A stretch of 32,133 nt of DNA from a virus. Taxonomy: Duplodnaviria > Heunggongvirae > Uroviricota > Caudoviricetes. The first letter of the stretch is position 1. The number at the start of each line of letters is the position of its first letter. The stretch lies in the IMG/VR virus record IMGVR_UViG_3300010261_000005, positions 1-32,133 of that record, one strand, 5' to 3'. The translations under genes and the position numbers were made by a program. The notes under the pieces are model-generated. The model was not told where the DNA came from. It searched no databases and saw nothing but the letters and a program-made list of their open reading frames with translations. Below, in pieces: positions 1 through 9,852 of this stretch.

Positions 1-1385
1 CAAACCAACTCAAATCTTTTATTGCCGACCGCCAATTATGATTGTATTTAATGTCACTAGCTTTTTCCAGCCAAGCATCGCCCTGCCCTTCATCTTTTTC
101 AAAACCCAAAATACCCTCTCGCTGGAAAAACCCCCTATAAATAACAGGTGTAGCATAAGTTGTATTCTGTGAATTTTGGCAGATAAAATTATATATCCAG
201 AATGAATCTGGATAATAACTTAATGCAAATTTTATAGCATACGCACTGTAATAATTATTGAGCTTCATATCTTCCATCACCGCTCGCTGTATACAGCACC
301 ATAACTTATCGTGATCGTTCTGTTTGTTATAGCAAGCAAGTAACCACTCCAGGGCATTATGGCGACATTCCTGAAATTGTGCGTGCTGAGCAATGTTCTC
401 TGCTAAGTCGATTGCATGTTGTTGATCCTCTGGCGCAATATCCTCAATGCTGACATCACGGTAATCATCCCACCAAAGTAAGAGATCCATATATTCATGC
501 TCTTCGGCAGATAAGTGTTTACAGGTTGCTGAATCCAGCAATTCGGAGATTTCTTTATGCGAACCGCCCCAGCGTGGCATTCGAAACGGTATATATTCAA
601 CAAAAGGATAAAAAGTGTGAGGAAAAATAGTCAGGCAAACAGCAAGCCAATATTTTTGCCCGCCATCGTTATCATACTCAGGAAGTATATTGGGGCGAGG
701 CAAAACGGGGCATATTGCATCCTCAAACGAAAGTCCGGAATACGCCATCAACGCTTCCACTTCTTGCGGGGAGCGGCGGTGATAATTTTTCAGTGCGATC
801 ATTAATGGTATTCCTGCGACACTATCACCGTTAAGGTGTGCCGCCAGCCAGGCTGGCTGACCAAATACTTTTGAGTTGGTGCTGGTAAGTAATGCAGCCA
901 TCCATTGTCGTGGGTCACAATCAATTGCTTTAAGTGTAGCGATGACCATTTGTTCATTACATGCACCAGCACAAAGCCACATTGCATGTGTGGTATCATT
1001 TGCCCAGCCATAACTGCGATATAACCATGCACGGTGATTCCAGTATTGTGCTTCGGCAAGCCAGGCATGTGTAGAATGAGGTCTTGCTTGCTGCCAGGTT
1101 TTAATGAGTCTTAAACCTTCTGTTCCGGCATCAACTAGCGTGTTCATATCATAAAAATAGTTGCACATTTGGGTCCAGGATAAAAAATAGCGCTTTTCAG
1201 CCTGACGAGAAGTGAAACTCTCCTGTAATGCCTGGTTATAAATTTCATCTAGTTCCTGATAACGTTTTTCTTGTAACATATAAGGAATATTTGCGATTTG
1301 CCATTTTCTCTCAAGAGTATTAAGTGGCATTTTTTGGTCACACATCTTTTGCATTGCACTGAGTAAACGAGCATCCTGTTCCATA
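1..1385 (-). CDS. Hypothetical helical protein, C-terminus beyond window start (at least 461 aa)
   Basis: Hand translation of the minus strand gives an uninterrupted frame from ATG at 1385..1383 (MEQDARLLSAMQKM...) to position 1 with no stop; AAGGA RBS about 7 nt upstream. Absent from the ORF track, presumably because its stop lies outside the window. Start sits 10 nt after the stop of the upstream gene, so operon-like. Product not recognised. Confidence 0.6.
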
Positions 1386-1394
1386 GATATCCTT

Positions 1395-2111
1395 TTAATT
1401 AGGTTCAAAAATTTTAAATTCATTCCACGGCAATTTTTTCCAGTTACTGGATGGATCTTTCAACCATGCAGTGACTTCCTTTAAATCACGGTTCGCAGTG
1501 GCGACGGGTGTATCGTATATCATTAACCATTTTTGTCGGGCGCGAACATAAGCACTGGCATAATCTTCCCATGAAGCGAAACAATCTTGTGCTCTTTGAG
1601 CATTCAGTAATAACACTATCCAGGCCTGGTTTTCATCGCACCAGCCGAAACCGGCGATGCAACGAGTTAAAAAAGCAGTGCGCATACAGTCAAACGCCAG
1701 CGCATCCAGGACCTGGCCTTGTGCTGCCAGCTGTTCGTAAAAATCATGTGGAGAATTACCAAGCCCTGTAGCCCAGCGTTGTAATATAACGCCAATTTGT
1801 TGGTGGAAATCTTCGTTGCTTTGGTAAGTTTCTGTTCCTAACTCTTGTTTAACCTGTAGTGCAAGTTGTTGACGCTTATCATCAGTCAACTTTAAATCTA
1901 ACGTGAAGCCATTTACTGGCAGTCCATTACGACGAGCAACTATATCACCAATTGCTAATGCCCACTTACGTCTCTTTGTTGCTCGTCTTTTGTCCTTGAG
2001 TAGATCCTTTTCTTTTTCTTTAGCAAGAAAAGCATCGATTAGTGGTTTGTTTTTTTTGTATCTATAGATAAAAATAAATATTGCGACCAGGAGAACAATG
2101 ATAAGACTCAT
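1395..2111 (-). CDS. Hypothetical protein with N-terminal transmembrane helix, possibly DUF1266-like
   Basis: 238-aa ORF; N-terminus MSLIIVLLVAIFIFIYRYKKNK is a hydrophobic helix followed by a basic stretch. Start ATG overlaps the stop of the upstream 407-aa gene (TAATG). The DUF1266 assignment is from memory only. Confidence 0.55.
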   Translation of the reverse strand: MSLIIVLLVAIFIFIYRYKKNKPLIDAFLAKEKEKDLLKDKRRATKRRKWALAIGDIVARRNGLPVNGFTLDLKLTDDKRQQLALQVKQELGTETYQSNEDFHQQIGVILQRWATGLGNSPHDFYEQLAAQGQVLDALAFDCMRTAFLTRCIAGFGWCDENQAWIVLLLNAQRAQDCFASWEDYASAYVRARQKWLMIYDTPVATANRDLKEVTAWLKDPSSNWKKLPWNEFKIFEPN

Positions 2112-3334
2112 TATTTTTTAACCTCTGACAGGGGTAAGTAATGAGATGTCTGTAATGTCAAACTCTCTATCTCAAAGGAAATATTGCTGATATTTTGACC
2201 TGCAAATTGCGGATGCCACTCAGCGCCAGGGAATAACATTTCCGCAGAAGTAGCAACTATAGGGTCAATAGCATTAAGATAATGTAACTTATCAGGTGCG
2301 CTGTGTAACAGTAACCACTGCAACTCCACCGAAGGAGTTGCAAAGTGTTCTAATAAATGAAAGTTATTATGTAGTACACTTAGTAAGAAACTGGTTTCGT
2401 ATACTTCCGTTACATATTTCCACCCCTGATGCTCCGGTGTATTTTCATAAACAATACCCATACCTTCACAATCACTATGTCGAACTGCTTGTGGTGACAA
2501 CATCTGCAAAAGAGATAAAACATTGTCCGCATATTTTTTTACTGGATGACGATTTTGCTTACCTTTTATTTGATCAATTTTCAGTGAATCACCGATAACA
2601 TTAAGGGCAATAGTAACATGAGGAATATTATTGTTATCACGCAAACTGAATAACCGTAATTTATGTTGCTCAATTTGATTTGCATAATACTCGCCATAAC
2701 CACCGGTAAGATTTTTTCGATCATCAAACTGACCTACACAATGTTGCATATGCCATGATTCATAAGCCATCTCACGACGAAGGTTCGAATGACTGGCATC
2801 AAACTCAACAACTTTTCCGTCTGGCACATCAAGTATTAACTTTACGGTATTTTGTTCACTCGGTTGCCACCCTTTCTCGCGCCGTTGAAGCATTTTTTCA
2901 TGCTCTTCTTCACGCATTCTGAATGCGGCGTAGCAGGTTATGCGCTGTAGTTTTGATTCCAGACGGGTACCACATTTCCTGGAAAGAAATTCCACCAACT
3001 CTCGTTCTTTGGTTAATATTTGTTGATGATCGGTTTCGATATAATAAACTGTCGAAGTTGATACTGAGGCATTATTAAACTTCGATACCAGCCATTCCGG
3101 GAGTACATCATCATTTTTATTAAACAGTGAATATTCTGCTAGCGAGTTAATCTGTTGCGCCATTGGAAAGTCACTAATTAGCCATCGATAAAAATGGTTC
3201 AGCAACCATTTTTGGATGGTCTCATTATCCTGGCGACACAGACTTCTTTGCAAAATTGCTGTTTTTACTTCCGGGGCATTGATTACATCCCTTGCATTAT
3301 AATTTTGGTGAATATTCCCATTCATAACATCCAT
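2111..3334 (-). CDS. Hypothetical protein (407 aa), first gene of a three-gene minus-strand operon
   Basis: Long ORF with an AT-rich 5' intergenic region (3335..3549); translationally coupled to the next gene. No family recognised. Confidence 0.55.
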   Translation of the reverse strand: MDVMNGNIHQNYNARDVINAPEVKTAILQRSLCRQDNETIQKWLLNHFYRWLISDFPMAQQINSLAEYSLFNKNDDVLPEWLVSKFNNASVSTSTVYYIETDHQQILTKERELVEFLSRKCGTRLESKLQRITCYAAFRMREEEHEKMLQRREKGWQPSEQNTVKLILDVPDGKVVEFDASHSNLRREMAYESWHMQHCVGQFDDRKNLTGGYGEYYANQIEQHKLRLFSLRDNNNIPHVTIALNVIGDSLKIDQIKGKQNRHPVKKYADNVLSLLQMLSPQAVRHSDCEGMGIVYENTPEHQGWKYVTEVYETSFLLSVLHNNFHLLEHFATPSVELQWLLLHSAPDKLHYLNAIDPIVATSAEMLFPGAEWHPQFAGQNISNISFEIESLTLQTSHYLPLSEVKK

Positions 3335-3812
3335 CCGTGTTTATTATATCACTCAAGAAAATAATTAATGAATATAGATTTTTTATCTAAATCATCATGG
3401 TTGCAGGTACATACTCAAGTAAGCCACTCTAGAAAATAACGTAAACTCAATAGTGGCAACGTCACAAACTTTGAAAGTTATGTCTTATATTTGCAGTTTC
3501 TTTTAGTGAATAACTGAGATAAATGAAATTATTTTACATCCTCAATGATTCAGGCTGCAAGAGGACGGCAAATATATTCATAATTATCAGGGGATGAGCA
3601 TTCAGGAAAGTGGTCAATATCGTCAACTTTCTCTGTTATCACTACATGAAGATTTCGTGCAGGTACTCCCTTCTCTGCCACTTGCCCCCTCACATTTACA
3701 CTGGAGCCAACCCCGCCGATTGCGCTACAATGCCCGCCCTTAAAGTGGGGGCACTCCCCTAACCGCTTCATCAGGTGAAGCGGATCTGACCTGTCATCAG
3801 AACGAGAGAATT

Positions 3813-5174
3813 ATGTTTAAACCGGAACTCCTTTCCCCGGCGGGAACGCTGAAAAATATGCGTTACGCTTTCGCTTATGGCGCGGATGCTGTTTATGCGG
3901 GCCAGCCACGTTACTCCCTGCGTGTGCGCAACAACGAATTCAACCACGAAAATCTTCAGCTCGGCATCAATGAAGCCCACGCGCTGGGGAAAAAGTTTTA
4001 TGTCGTGGTCAACATTGCACCGCACAACGCCAAGCTGAAAACCTTTATTCGTGACCTGAAACCGGTGGTGGAAATGGGGCCGGATGCGCTGATTATGTCC
4101 GATCCAGGGCTGATTATGCTGGTGCGTGAACACTTCCCGGAAATGCCAATCCACCTCTCGGTACAGGCTAACGCCGTAAACTGGGCGACGGTGAAATTCT
4201 GGCAGCAAATGGGTCTGACCCGCGTGATCCTCTCTCGCGAACTGTCACTGGAAGAGATTGAAGAGATCCGCAATCAGGTGCCGGATATGGAGATCGAAAT
4301 CTTCGTTCACGGCGCGCTGTGCATGGCCTACTCCGGTCGCTGCCTGCTCTCTGGCTATATCAACAAGCGCGACCCGAACCAGGGCACCTGCACCAACGCC
4401 TGCCGCTGGGAGTACAACGTCCAGGAAGGGAAAGAAGATGACGTCGGCAACATCGTACACAAGTACGAGCCGATTCCGGTGCAAAATGTTGAGCCGACGC
4501 TGGGTATCGGCGCGCCAACCGACAAAGTGTTTATGATCGAAGAAGCCCAGCGTCCGGGCGAGTATATGACCGCGTTTGAAGATGAGCACGGCACTTACAT
4601 CATGAACTCGAAAGATCTGCGCGCCATCGCCCATGTTGAACGCCTGACCAAAATGGGCGTGCATTCGCTGAAAATCGAAGGCCGTACCAAATCTTTCTAC
4701 TATTGCGCACGCACCGCGCAGGTTTACCGTAAAGCTATCGATGACGCCGCTGCGGGCAAACCGTTCGATACCAGCCTGCTGGAAACGCTGGAAGGTCTGG
4801 CGCATCGTGGCTATACCGAAGGTTTCCTGCGTCGTCATACCCACGACGATTATCAGAACTACGAATACGGTTATTCGGTTTCTGACCGCCAGCAGTTTGT
4901 TGGTGAGTTTACCGGTGAGCGCAAGGGGGAGCTCGCGGCGGTAGCGGTGAAAAATAAATTCTCCGTTGGCGACAGCCTTGAGCTGATGACGCCGCAAGGC
5001 AACATTAACTTTACCCTTGAGCATATGGAAAACGCCAAAGGTGAAGCTATGCCGGTCGCACCAGGCGATGGTTATACTGTGTGGCTCCCGGTGCCGCAGG
5101 ATCTTGAGCTAAATTACGCGCTGCTGATGCGTAATTTCTCCGGGGAAACCACGCGTAACCCCCACGGTAAGTGA
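3813..5174 (+). CDS. yegQ: U32-family peptidase YegQ (TrhP, tRNA hydroxylation)
   Basis: 453-aa ORF, MFKPELLSPAGTLKNMRYAFAYGADAVYAGQPRYSLRVRNNEF..., recognised as E. coli YegQ including length; GAGAG RBS upstream of ATG. Confidence 0.9.
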   Translation: MFKPELLSPAGTLKNMRYAFAYGADAVYAGQPRYSLRVRNNEFNHENLQLGINEAHALGKKFYVVVNIAPHNAKLKTFIRDLKPVVEMGPDALIMSDPGLIMLVREHFPEMPIHLSVQANAVNWATVKFWQQMGLTRVILSRELSLEEIEEIRNQVPDMEIEIFVHGALCMAYSGRCLLSGYINKRDPNQGTCTNACRWEYNVQEGKEDDVGNIVHKYEPIPVQNVEPTLGIGAPTDKVFMIEEAQRPGEYMTAFEDEHGTYIMNSKDLRAIAHVERLTKMGVHSLKIEGRTKSFYYCARTAQVYRKAIDDAAAGKPFDTSLLETLEGLAHRGYTEGFLRRHTHDDYQNYEYGYSVSDRQQFVGEFTGERKGELAAVAVKNKFSVGDSLELMTPQGNINFTLEHMENAKGEAMPVAPGDGYTVWLPVPQDLELNYALLMRNFSGETTRNPHGK

Positions 5175-5258
5175 TTAATTTCGATTATTTTTCCCGGATG
5201 GAAAATTCTTAGAAACCGATCACATACAGCTGCATTTATTAAGGTTATCATCCGTTTC

Positions 5259-5345
5259 GCTGAAAAACATAACCCATAAAATGCTAGCTGTACCAGGAAC
5301 CACCTCCTTAGCCTGTGTAATCTCCCTTACACGGGCTTATTTTTT
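5259..5345 (+). ncRNA. cyaR: CyaR (RyeE) Hfq-dependent small RNA
   Basis: Sequence gctgaaaaacataacccataaaatgctagctgtaccaggaaccacctccttagcctgtgtaatctcccttacacgggcttatttttt matches the E. coli CyaR sequence as I recall it. Ends in a terminator hairpin (cctgtgtaa / ttacacggg) plus T6. A -10-like TATCAT lies about 8 nt upstream of the 5' end, and a TCACA CRP half-site at about 5220..5224. Confidence 0.8.
5319..5345. other. P2 attachment core (prophage/chromosome junction, locI-type) within the 3' end of cyaR
   Basis: aatctcccttacacgggcttatttttt is the reverse complement of the 27-nt P2 att core AAAAAATAAGCCCGTGTAAGGGAGATT as I recall it. It lies between chromosomal cyaR and phage ogr, the expected junction for a P2 prophage. 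Confidence 0.65.
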
Positions 5346-5409
5346 ACGCGTAATTCAATGAAATAAAAGGATTTATTTCTGGTCACGTCCACACATTGAC
5401 CACATCGAC

Positions 5410-5445
5410 AAAAAAAGCCCCTCGACTGAGGGGCTTTCTGTTTGT
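5410..5445. terminator. Bidirectional rho-independent terminator between cyaR and ogr
   Basis: aaaaaaa-GCCCCTC-gact-GAGGGGC-tttctgttt: 7-bp GC stem flanked by an A-run on one side and a T-rich run on the other; 3 nt downstream of the ogr stop. Confidence 0.6.
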
Positions 5446-5447
5446 AA

Positions 5448-5666
5448 CTACATCCACATAATTTGCTGCCCTGACGGCAACGGGTGCGGCCTTACGGCGT
5501 GGACTTCTCCCGGCTTCACGATGTATCTCTGTACCGACTCATAGGTGATGAACGTGGCGCTGCAATTCACGTTCTGGCACTGGTGATAACGCTCTTTTGT
5601 CGTGTCAGTGATATAGCGGCTTGTACGCGCATGTGCGGCATGCTGGCATAAAGGACAATGAAACAT
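5448..5666 (-). CDS. ogr: Late transcription activator Ogr (zinc finger)
   Basis: 72-aa product MFHCPLCQHAAHARTSRYITDTTKERYHQCQNVNCSATF... with a Cys4 arrangement; start chosen at the ATG with AAGAGGTG RBS (ORF track start at 5729 is an upstream extension). Confidence 0.9.
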   Translation of the reverse strand: MFHCPLCQHAAHARTSRYITDTTKERYHQCQNVNCSATFITYESVQRYIVKPGEVHAVRPHPLPSGQQIMWM

Positions 5667-5747
5667 CGCGAGCACCTCTTCCGGTTTTGTTGATGGTGTC
5701 ATTTTAGTTAATTTATCCTTATAAAACAAATAGATAAAATAAAAACA

Positions 5748-6911
5748 TCACTCATCATCTTCTGTTTCGTACTCCACATCAGAAAGCCTGACCTCAAGCT
5801 CTAAGGACGTCGTGAAGCCGCTATTATTCAGAAAATGTGTCACCTTAGTGATTGTCCAGTCCTGCTCGTCTATGACGCGCTTAAAGCCTGACACTTTAAC
5901 CGGTGTTTCCGTGTAAATATCTGCCCGACCGGTAGCCAGGCTGATGGAGAACTCCGCCACACCCCGTTGCAGTTTATCCCACTTCGCCTGAGCGGCGCGC
6001 ATGGCCTGCGCTTTTGTGGCATATACCGTGGTCAGGGCAAAAACATTGTCAGCCTCACCGGCCATGTATTCACCTTCGCGCGCTTCCGGTACTTTTGGCG
6101 CTTTCTTCTGCGTGACCGGTTTCGCTTTCGGGTGCTCCAGTGCGCGCAGGTGTTTCTCTTTCTTTTTGCGTTTCAGTTTTACCTTCTGCTTTTGCGGCTT
6201 CGGGTCTTTGGTGTGAAGCCACTTTGCCGTTACGCCGGTATAGGCTCCACGGTCAGCAATCGCAAAATGATGACGGTCGCCGTCGCTGCGGGTGATGATG
6301 ACCTGCGGAATTTTCTTACCGCTGGCCGTCACCCCCTGCCCCGCCTTAAGAAACAACAGTTTTCCCATTTTTACCGAGACCTCACCGCCGTTGCGTTCTG
6401 CAAGACGGGTCAGGAATTTCGCATCAGACTCCTGCGACTGGTCGATGTGCGGGATTTTAATTCCGGCCAGTGACGGAGCGACACTGGCTTCCAGTCTGTT
6501 ACGGGAGGCTATCGCCTCAACAATCGCACCGAGCGTGGTGTCATGCCAGGAGCCTTCACGGCGGGAATTGAGCGTCCCGCGAAAATCTGCACTCCGGGCG
6601 CGGATGGTAACCACATCCGGCGCGCCCCGGTGTTCAACCTCATCAACGGTAAATTTCCCTTTGCATACCAGGGCAAAACCTTTCCAGCCGATATACACCG
6701 TCAGGACAGCGCCACGAACCGGCAGCCCGACCTGCCCGTCGGCATCGTTCAGTTCAATATCAAGCTGGTCAGCCTCAAAGCCCCGGTTATCCGTCAGGGT
6801 CATGCTCATCAGACGGTCGCTGATATTGCCGGTAATATCCCTGCTGTCGAGCATCAGCATGTAATCCGGCGTCAGCGTACTGCCTGCATCAAATGTCAGT
6901 GCATCCAGCAT
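5748..6911 (-). CDS. D: Tail protein D (late control gene D)
   Basis: 387 aa, same length as P2 gpD; lysine-rich central linker (KQKVKLKRKKKEK). Confidence 0.9.
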   Translation of the reverse strand: MLDALTFDAGSTLTPDYMLMLDSRDITGNISDRLMSMTLTDNRGFEADQLDIELNDADGQVGLPVRGAVLTVYIGWKGFALVCKGKFTVDEVEHRGAPDVVTIRARSADFRGTLNSRREGSWHDTTLGAIVEAIASRNRLEASVAPSLAGIKIPHIDQSQESDAKFLTRLAERNGGEVSVKMGKLLFLKAGQGVTASGKKIPQVIITRSDGDRHHFAIADRGAYTGVTAKWLHTKDPKPQKQKVKLKRKKKEKHLRALEHPKAKPVTQKKAPKVPEAREGEYMAGEADNVFALTTVYATKAQAMRAAQAKWDKLQRGVAEFSISLATGRADIYTETPVKVSGFKRVIDEQDWTITKVTHFLNNSGFTTSLELEVRLSDVEYETEDDE

Positions 6912-7390
6912 TATCCCGCCCCCGTCATACCCGTGAATTTAGTCGCCATACTGCCAGCCTTACCGATGAGCGATTCCGCCTGTTTACCGATATCGCCATA
7001 AAGCGCGGCCAGTGATTCATCAACGCGGGTGAGCGACAGCGTAAAATCAATTTTCCGGGGTGTGCCGTCTGCAAAGAAAATACTCCCTGTTTCACTCACC
7101 TTGCTGATGACATACATGCCGTAAATCATGCCGGTGCCATCCAGCAACGGCCACGACCGGCCTTCATCTGCCATCAGCCTGAGCGTGGTCATCGTCAGCT
7201 TTCCGCCGGTCAGTTCGGGATAAAGCACACCGGCAAGCGTCATGTTTTCCTCGCCAACACCGAGAAACTGGTAGGCATCCCGTTTACCGATACGGGAATT
7301 TGACGGCCAGCGATAATCTGATTCACGCTGCATGGTCTGGTGTGGCAGCGTCTGGCGCATAAAAACAAACATACCTAACGCGAGCATCAT
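6911..7390 (-). CDS. U: Tail protein U
   Basis: 159 aa, matches P2 gpU in length and position; stop overlaps D start. Confidence 0.9.
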   Translation of the reverse strand: MMLALGMFVFMRQTLPHQTMQRESDYRWPSNSRIGKRDAYQFLGVGEENMTLAGVLYPELTGGKLTMTTLRLMADEGRSWPLLDGTGMIYGMYVISKVSETGSIFFADGTPRKIDFTLSLTRVDESLAALYGDIGKQAESLIGKAGSMATKFTGMTGAG

Positions 7391-7404
7391 TTTTCGTCAC
7401 CTCC

Positions 7405-9852
7405 TTAACCGTCATGCATCATGCTGGCACGGGCGCGCGCACGTTTATCCCGCTCGTATTTTTCGAGCGCATCCTGTAACTGGCGGTCGAGCTGTGTCCC
7501 CGGCGCAGTACCACCCGTCAGGCTGATGTGATATTCGTTTTTACTCTGGTCTACATAAGAGCGGCCAGCCGGTGCCGTGACCGGCTGATAAGCCTGATAA
7601 CCTGCATAAGAGCTGGTCGCCGGAATATAACCACCGCTGCCATACGTGGCGGCTTGAGTTCTGGCGGCGGTCTGGTCAAGTGTGTCTGACTCTTTGTTGA
7701 TGACACCGAGTTTTTCCAGTACCCAGTCAATACCACTGCGCAGTTTGTTGAACGCATTAAGCGGCAGCATCAGCGCGTCAGCCAGTGCCTGCCCGAACAT
7801 GACGCCCGTGTCACGGCAACGGTTCAGGGTGTCCTGGGTGGCTTTGACCGGGGCAATCAGGTTTTTAAACCACTGCCACGCGGCCTGTAACTTTTCACCC
7901 AGCCAGTCAAACACCGGTTTAAGTGGCGTGAACAGTTCCCCCACCGGCGCAAATGCCGCTTTCAGCCCTTCCACCACACCGCCAAAGAATGCGCTGACAG
8001 GCTCCCAGTATTTACGGATAAGCAACGCCCCGGCGACAATTGCAGCCACCACGGCCACAACCGGCCAGCTAATCGCCCCGATGGCCGTCATAACGGCACT
8101 ACCAACAGTCGTGAAGATTGCCCCCATTGCGCCTGCTGCCGCGATGATGGCATTGATGCCGGTGATAACCGGCCAGGCTACGAGGCCAATGGCACCGATG
8201 ACACCAGTCAGCGCCAGTGCACCACCGACAATGAGGCCGATGGTTGACGCCAGTGATTTGTTTTTCTGGATCCAGCCGTCGAGTTTTAACACATACTTTG
8301 TGGCCGTCTGCGTGAGATTACGCAGTGCGCCTTCCTGCTGGTCAAACAGGTCAGTCCCCACCGCTTCATAAGCGGACTGAAACTCCTTAAAGTCACCGCC
8401 GAGGTTATCCTGCATGATTTTAACCAGCTCTTCCGTTTTACCGTCCGAGGCTTTCAGCGTGGCGGTCAGCTTATCCAGTTTTCCGCTTGCTGCCGCTGCC
8501 AGTAAAACGTTCGCTGATTTCAGGGCTTCCTCACCAAAAATGGTTTTAAGGTATTCCCCCTTCTGAGACGTTCCCAGCTTATGCTTATCAAAGCTGGCCT
8601 GAATCTCTTTCAGAATGGTGAACAACGGACGCATATTCCCCTTTTTGTCCGAGGTTTTAACGCCAAGCTCTTTGAGTGCATCCCATGCTTTTCCAGTCGG
8701 TGCCTGTAATCGGGTGACAACGGCACTGCTACCCGTACCCGCCATTGACCCCCTGATGTTATTGTCATGCAGCACACCGGTCATGGCCGCTGCCTGCTCA
8801 AGACTTACACCTGCCGTCCTCGCAACCGGGCCGAGGTAAGTCAGTGCATCACTGAGTCCCTGAAAATCAGCCGCCGACTTATTCATCGTTGCCGACAACA
8901 CGTCGCCCACATGGCTGACATCATCATTTGACAGTTGAAAGGATGCCTTAGTCCCCAGCAACAATTGCGCGTTTTCTTCCATCGACCGCTGGTTTGCCAG
9001 TGCCATATTCAGTGTGACCGGCGTTGCTGCCTGAATAGCCGCAGCATCTCCACCCGCTTTCGCAATGATAATCTGTGCACCGGCTGCATCATCTGCCGAG
9101 GCTGCGGTATTGTCGCCGAGCTGGCGCGCCTGCTTGCGGAGTGCGGTCATTTCGGCGGAGTCTTTTGCCACACTCAGCACGGCCTGCAATTCTGAGTTTT
9201 TCTGCGCAAACTCATAGCCGGGCATCAGCAGCTTAACTCCGGCCATCGTTCCCGCCGCCGCAATCCCCACACCGGCAGCGCCCACCGAGGCCATATTTCC
9301 GGCCAGTTCCTTGCCTGCCTGATAACGCTGTTTGACTGCGTTAAGTTTTGCCTGTTGCGCACTGACACGCGCCAGCGCGTCACGCTGCCGGTTAAGCTGT
9401 GCGGTGGTTTCACTGATACGGTTTTTCAGCCCTCGTTCATCATGCGCCAGATTACGGGTATTAATACCCGCCTGACTCAATTCCTGACGCTGGCGCTGTA
9501 CCGACAATCTCAGGCTGTTATATTTCGCCTGTAACTCAGACGCATTTTTACGCGCGGCTTCCATTGCCTTTGCCTGTGCATTTGTCGGTCGTTCAGTATT
9601 TTTAAACTGGACAGCCAGAGCTGCGGCTTCCTGTCTGGCTTTTTTCAGTTCCTGACCAGTCACGGCGAGCTGTGCACTGGTCTTGCGGAATCCCTCAATA
9701 CGGGATGCGTGACCGTTCAGCTCGCGCAGTGATTTTTGTGTTTCCCGGATATCCCCCGACAGCGACTTACTCGCTGTACGGATGGATTTAAACGGGCGGG
9801 ATGCCTGGTCAACAGCCCTGAGCAATACCTGTAATTTTACATTGTTACTCAT
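7405..9852 (-). CDS. T: Tail tape measure protein T
   Basis: 815 aa, P2 gpT length; coiled-coil N-terminus, hydrophobic Gly/Ala-rich central segment, position after E/E'. Confidence 0.9.
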   Translation of the reverse strand: MSNNVKLQVLLRAVDQASRPFKSIRTASKSLSGDIRETQKSLRELNGHASRIEGFRKTSAQLAVTGQELKKARQEAAALAVQFKNTERPTNAQAKAMEAARKNASELQAKYNSLRLSVQRQRQELSQAGINTRNLAHDERGLKNRISETTAQLNRQRDALARVSAQQAKLNAVKQRYQAGKELAGNMASVGAAGVGIAAAGTMAGVKLLMPGYEFAQKNSELQAVLSVAKDSAEMTALRKQARQLGDNTAASADDAAGAQIIIAKAGGDAAAIQAATPVTLNMALANQRSMEENAQLLLGTKASFQLSNDDVSHVGDVLSATMNKSAADFQGLSDALTYLGPVARTAGVSLEQAAAMTGVLHDNNIRGSMAGTGSSAVVTRLQAPTGKAWDALKELGVKTSDKKGNMRPLFTILKEIQASFDKHKLGTSQKGEYLKTIFGEEALKSANVLLAAAASGKLDKLTATLKASDGKTEELVKIMQDNLGGDFKEFQSAYEAVGTDLFDQQEGALRNLTQTATKYVLKLDGWIQKNKSLASTIGLIVGGALALTGVIGAIGLVAWPVITGINAIIAAAGAMGAIFTTVGSAVMTAIGAISWPVVAVVAAIVAGALLIRKYWEPVSAFFGGVVEGLKAAFAPVGELFTPLKPVFDWLGEKLQAAWQWFKNLIAPVKATQDTLNRCRDTGVMFGQALADALMLPLNAFNKLRSGIDWVLEKLGVINKESDTLDQTAARTQAATYGSGGYIPATSSYAGYQAYQPVTAPAGRSYVDQSKNEYHISLTGGTAPGTQLDRQLQDALEKYERDKRARARASMMHDG

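Noticed and set aside
3550-3771. 73-aa minus-strand ORF in the yegQ upstream region
   Set aside because: No RBS, overlaps the hairpin-rich yegQ leader, Gly/Val-rich composition; more likely non-coding.
4245-5024. 259-aa minus-strand ORF inside yegQ
   Set aside because: Fully contained antisense to a confidently identified conserved gene; compositional artefact.
5200-5258. Full CRP operator upstream of cyaR
   Set aside because: Only one TCACA half-site (about 5220..5224) is evident; the partner TGTGA half is not recognisable, so a complete site is not reported as a feature.
7682-8371. 229-aa plus-strand ORF (and other antisense ORFs 8615..8839, 8935..9195) inside gene T
   Set aside because: Lies entirely antisense within the tape-measure gene; Ser/Ala/Thr/Pro-rich low-complexity translation typical of the reverse strand of GC-rich coding DNA; no RBS or homolog recognised.
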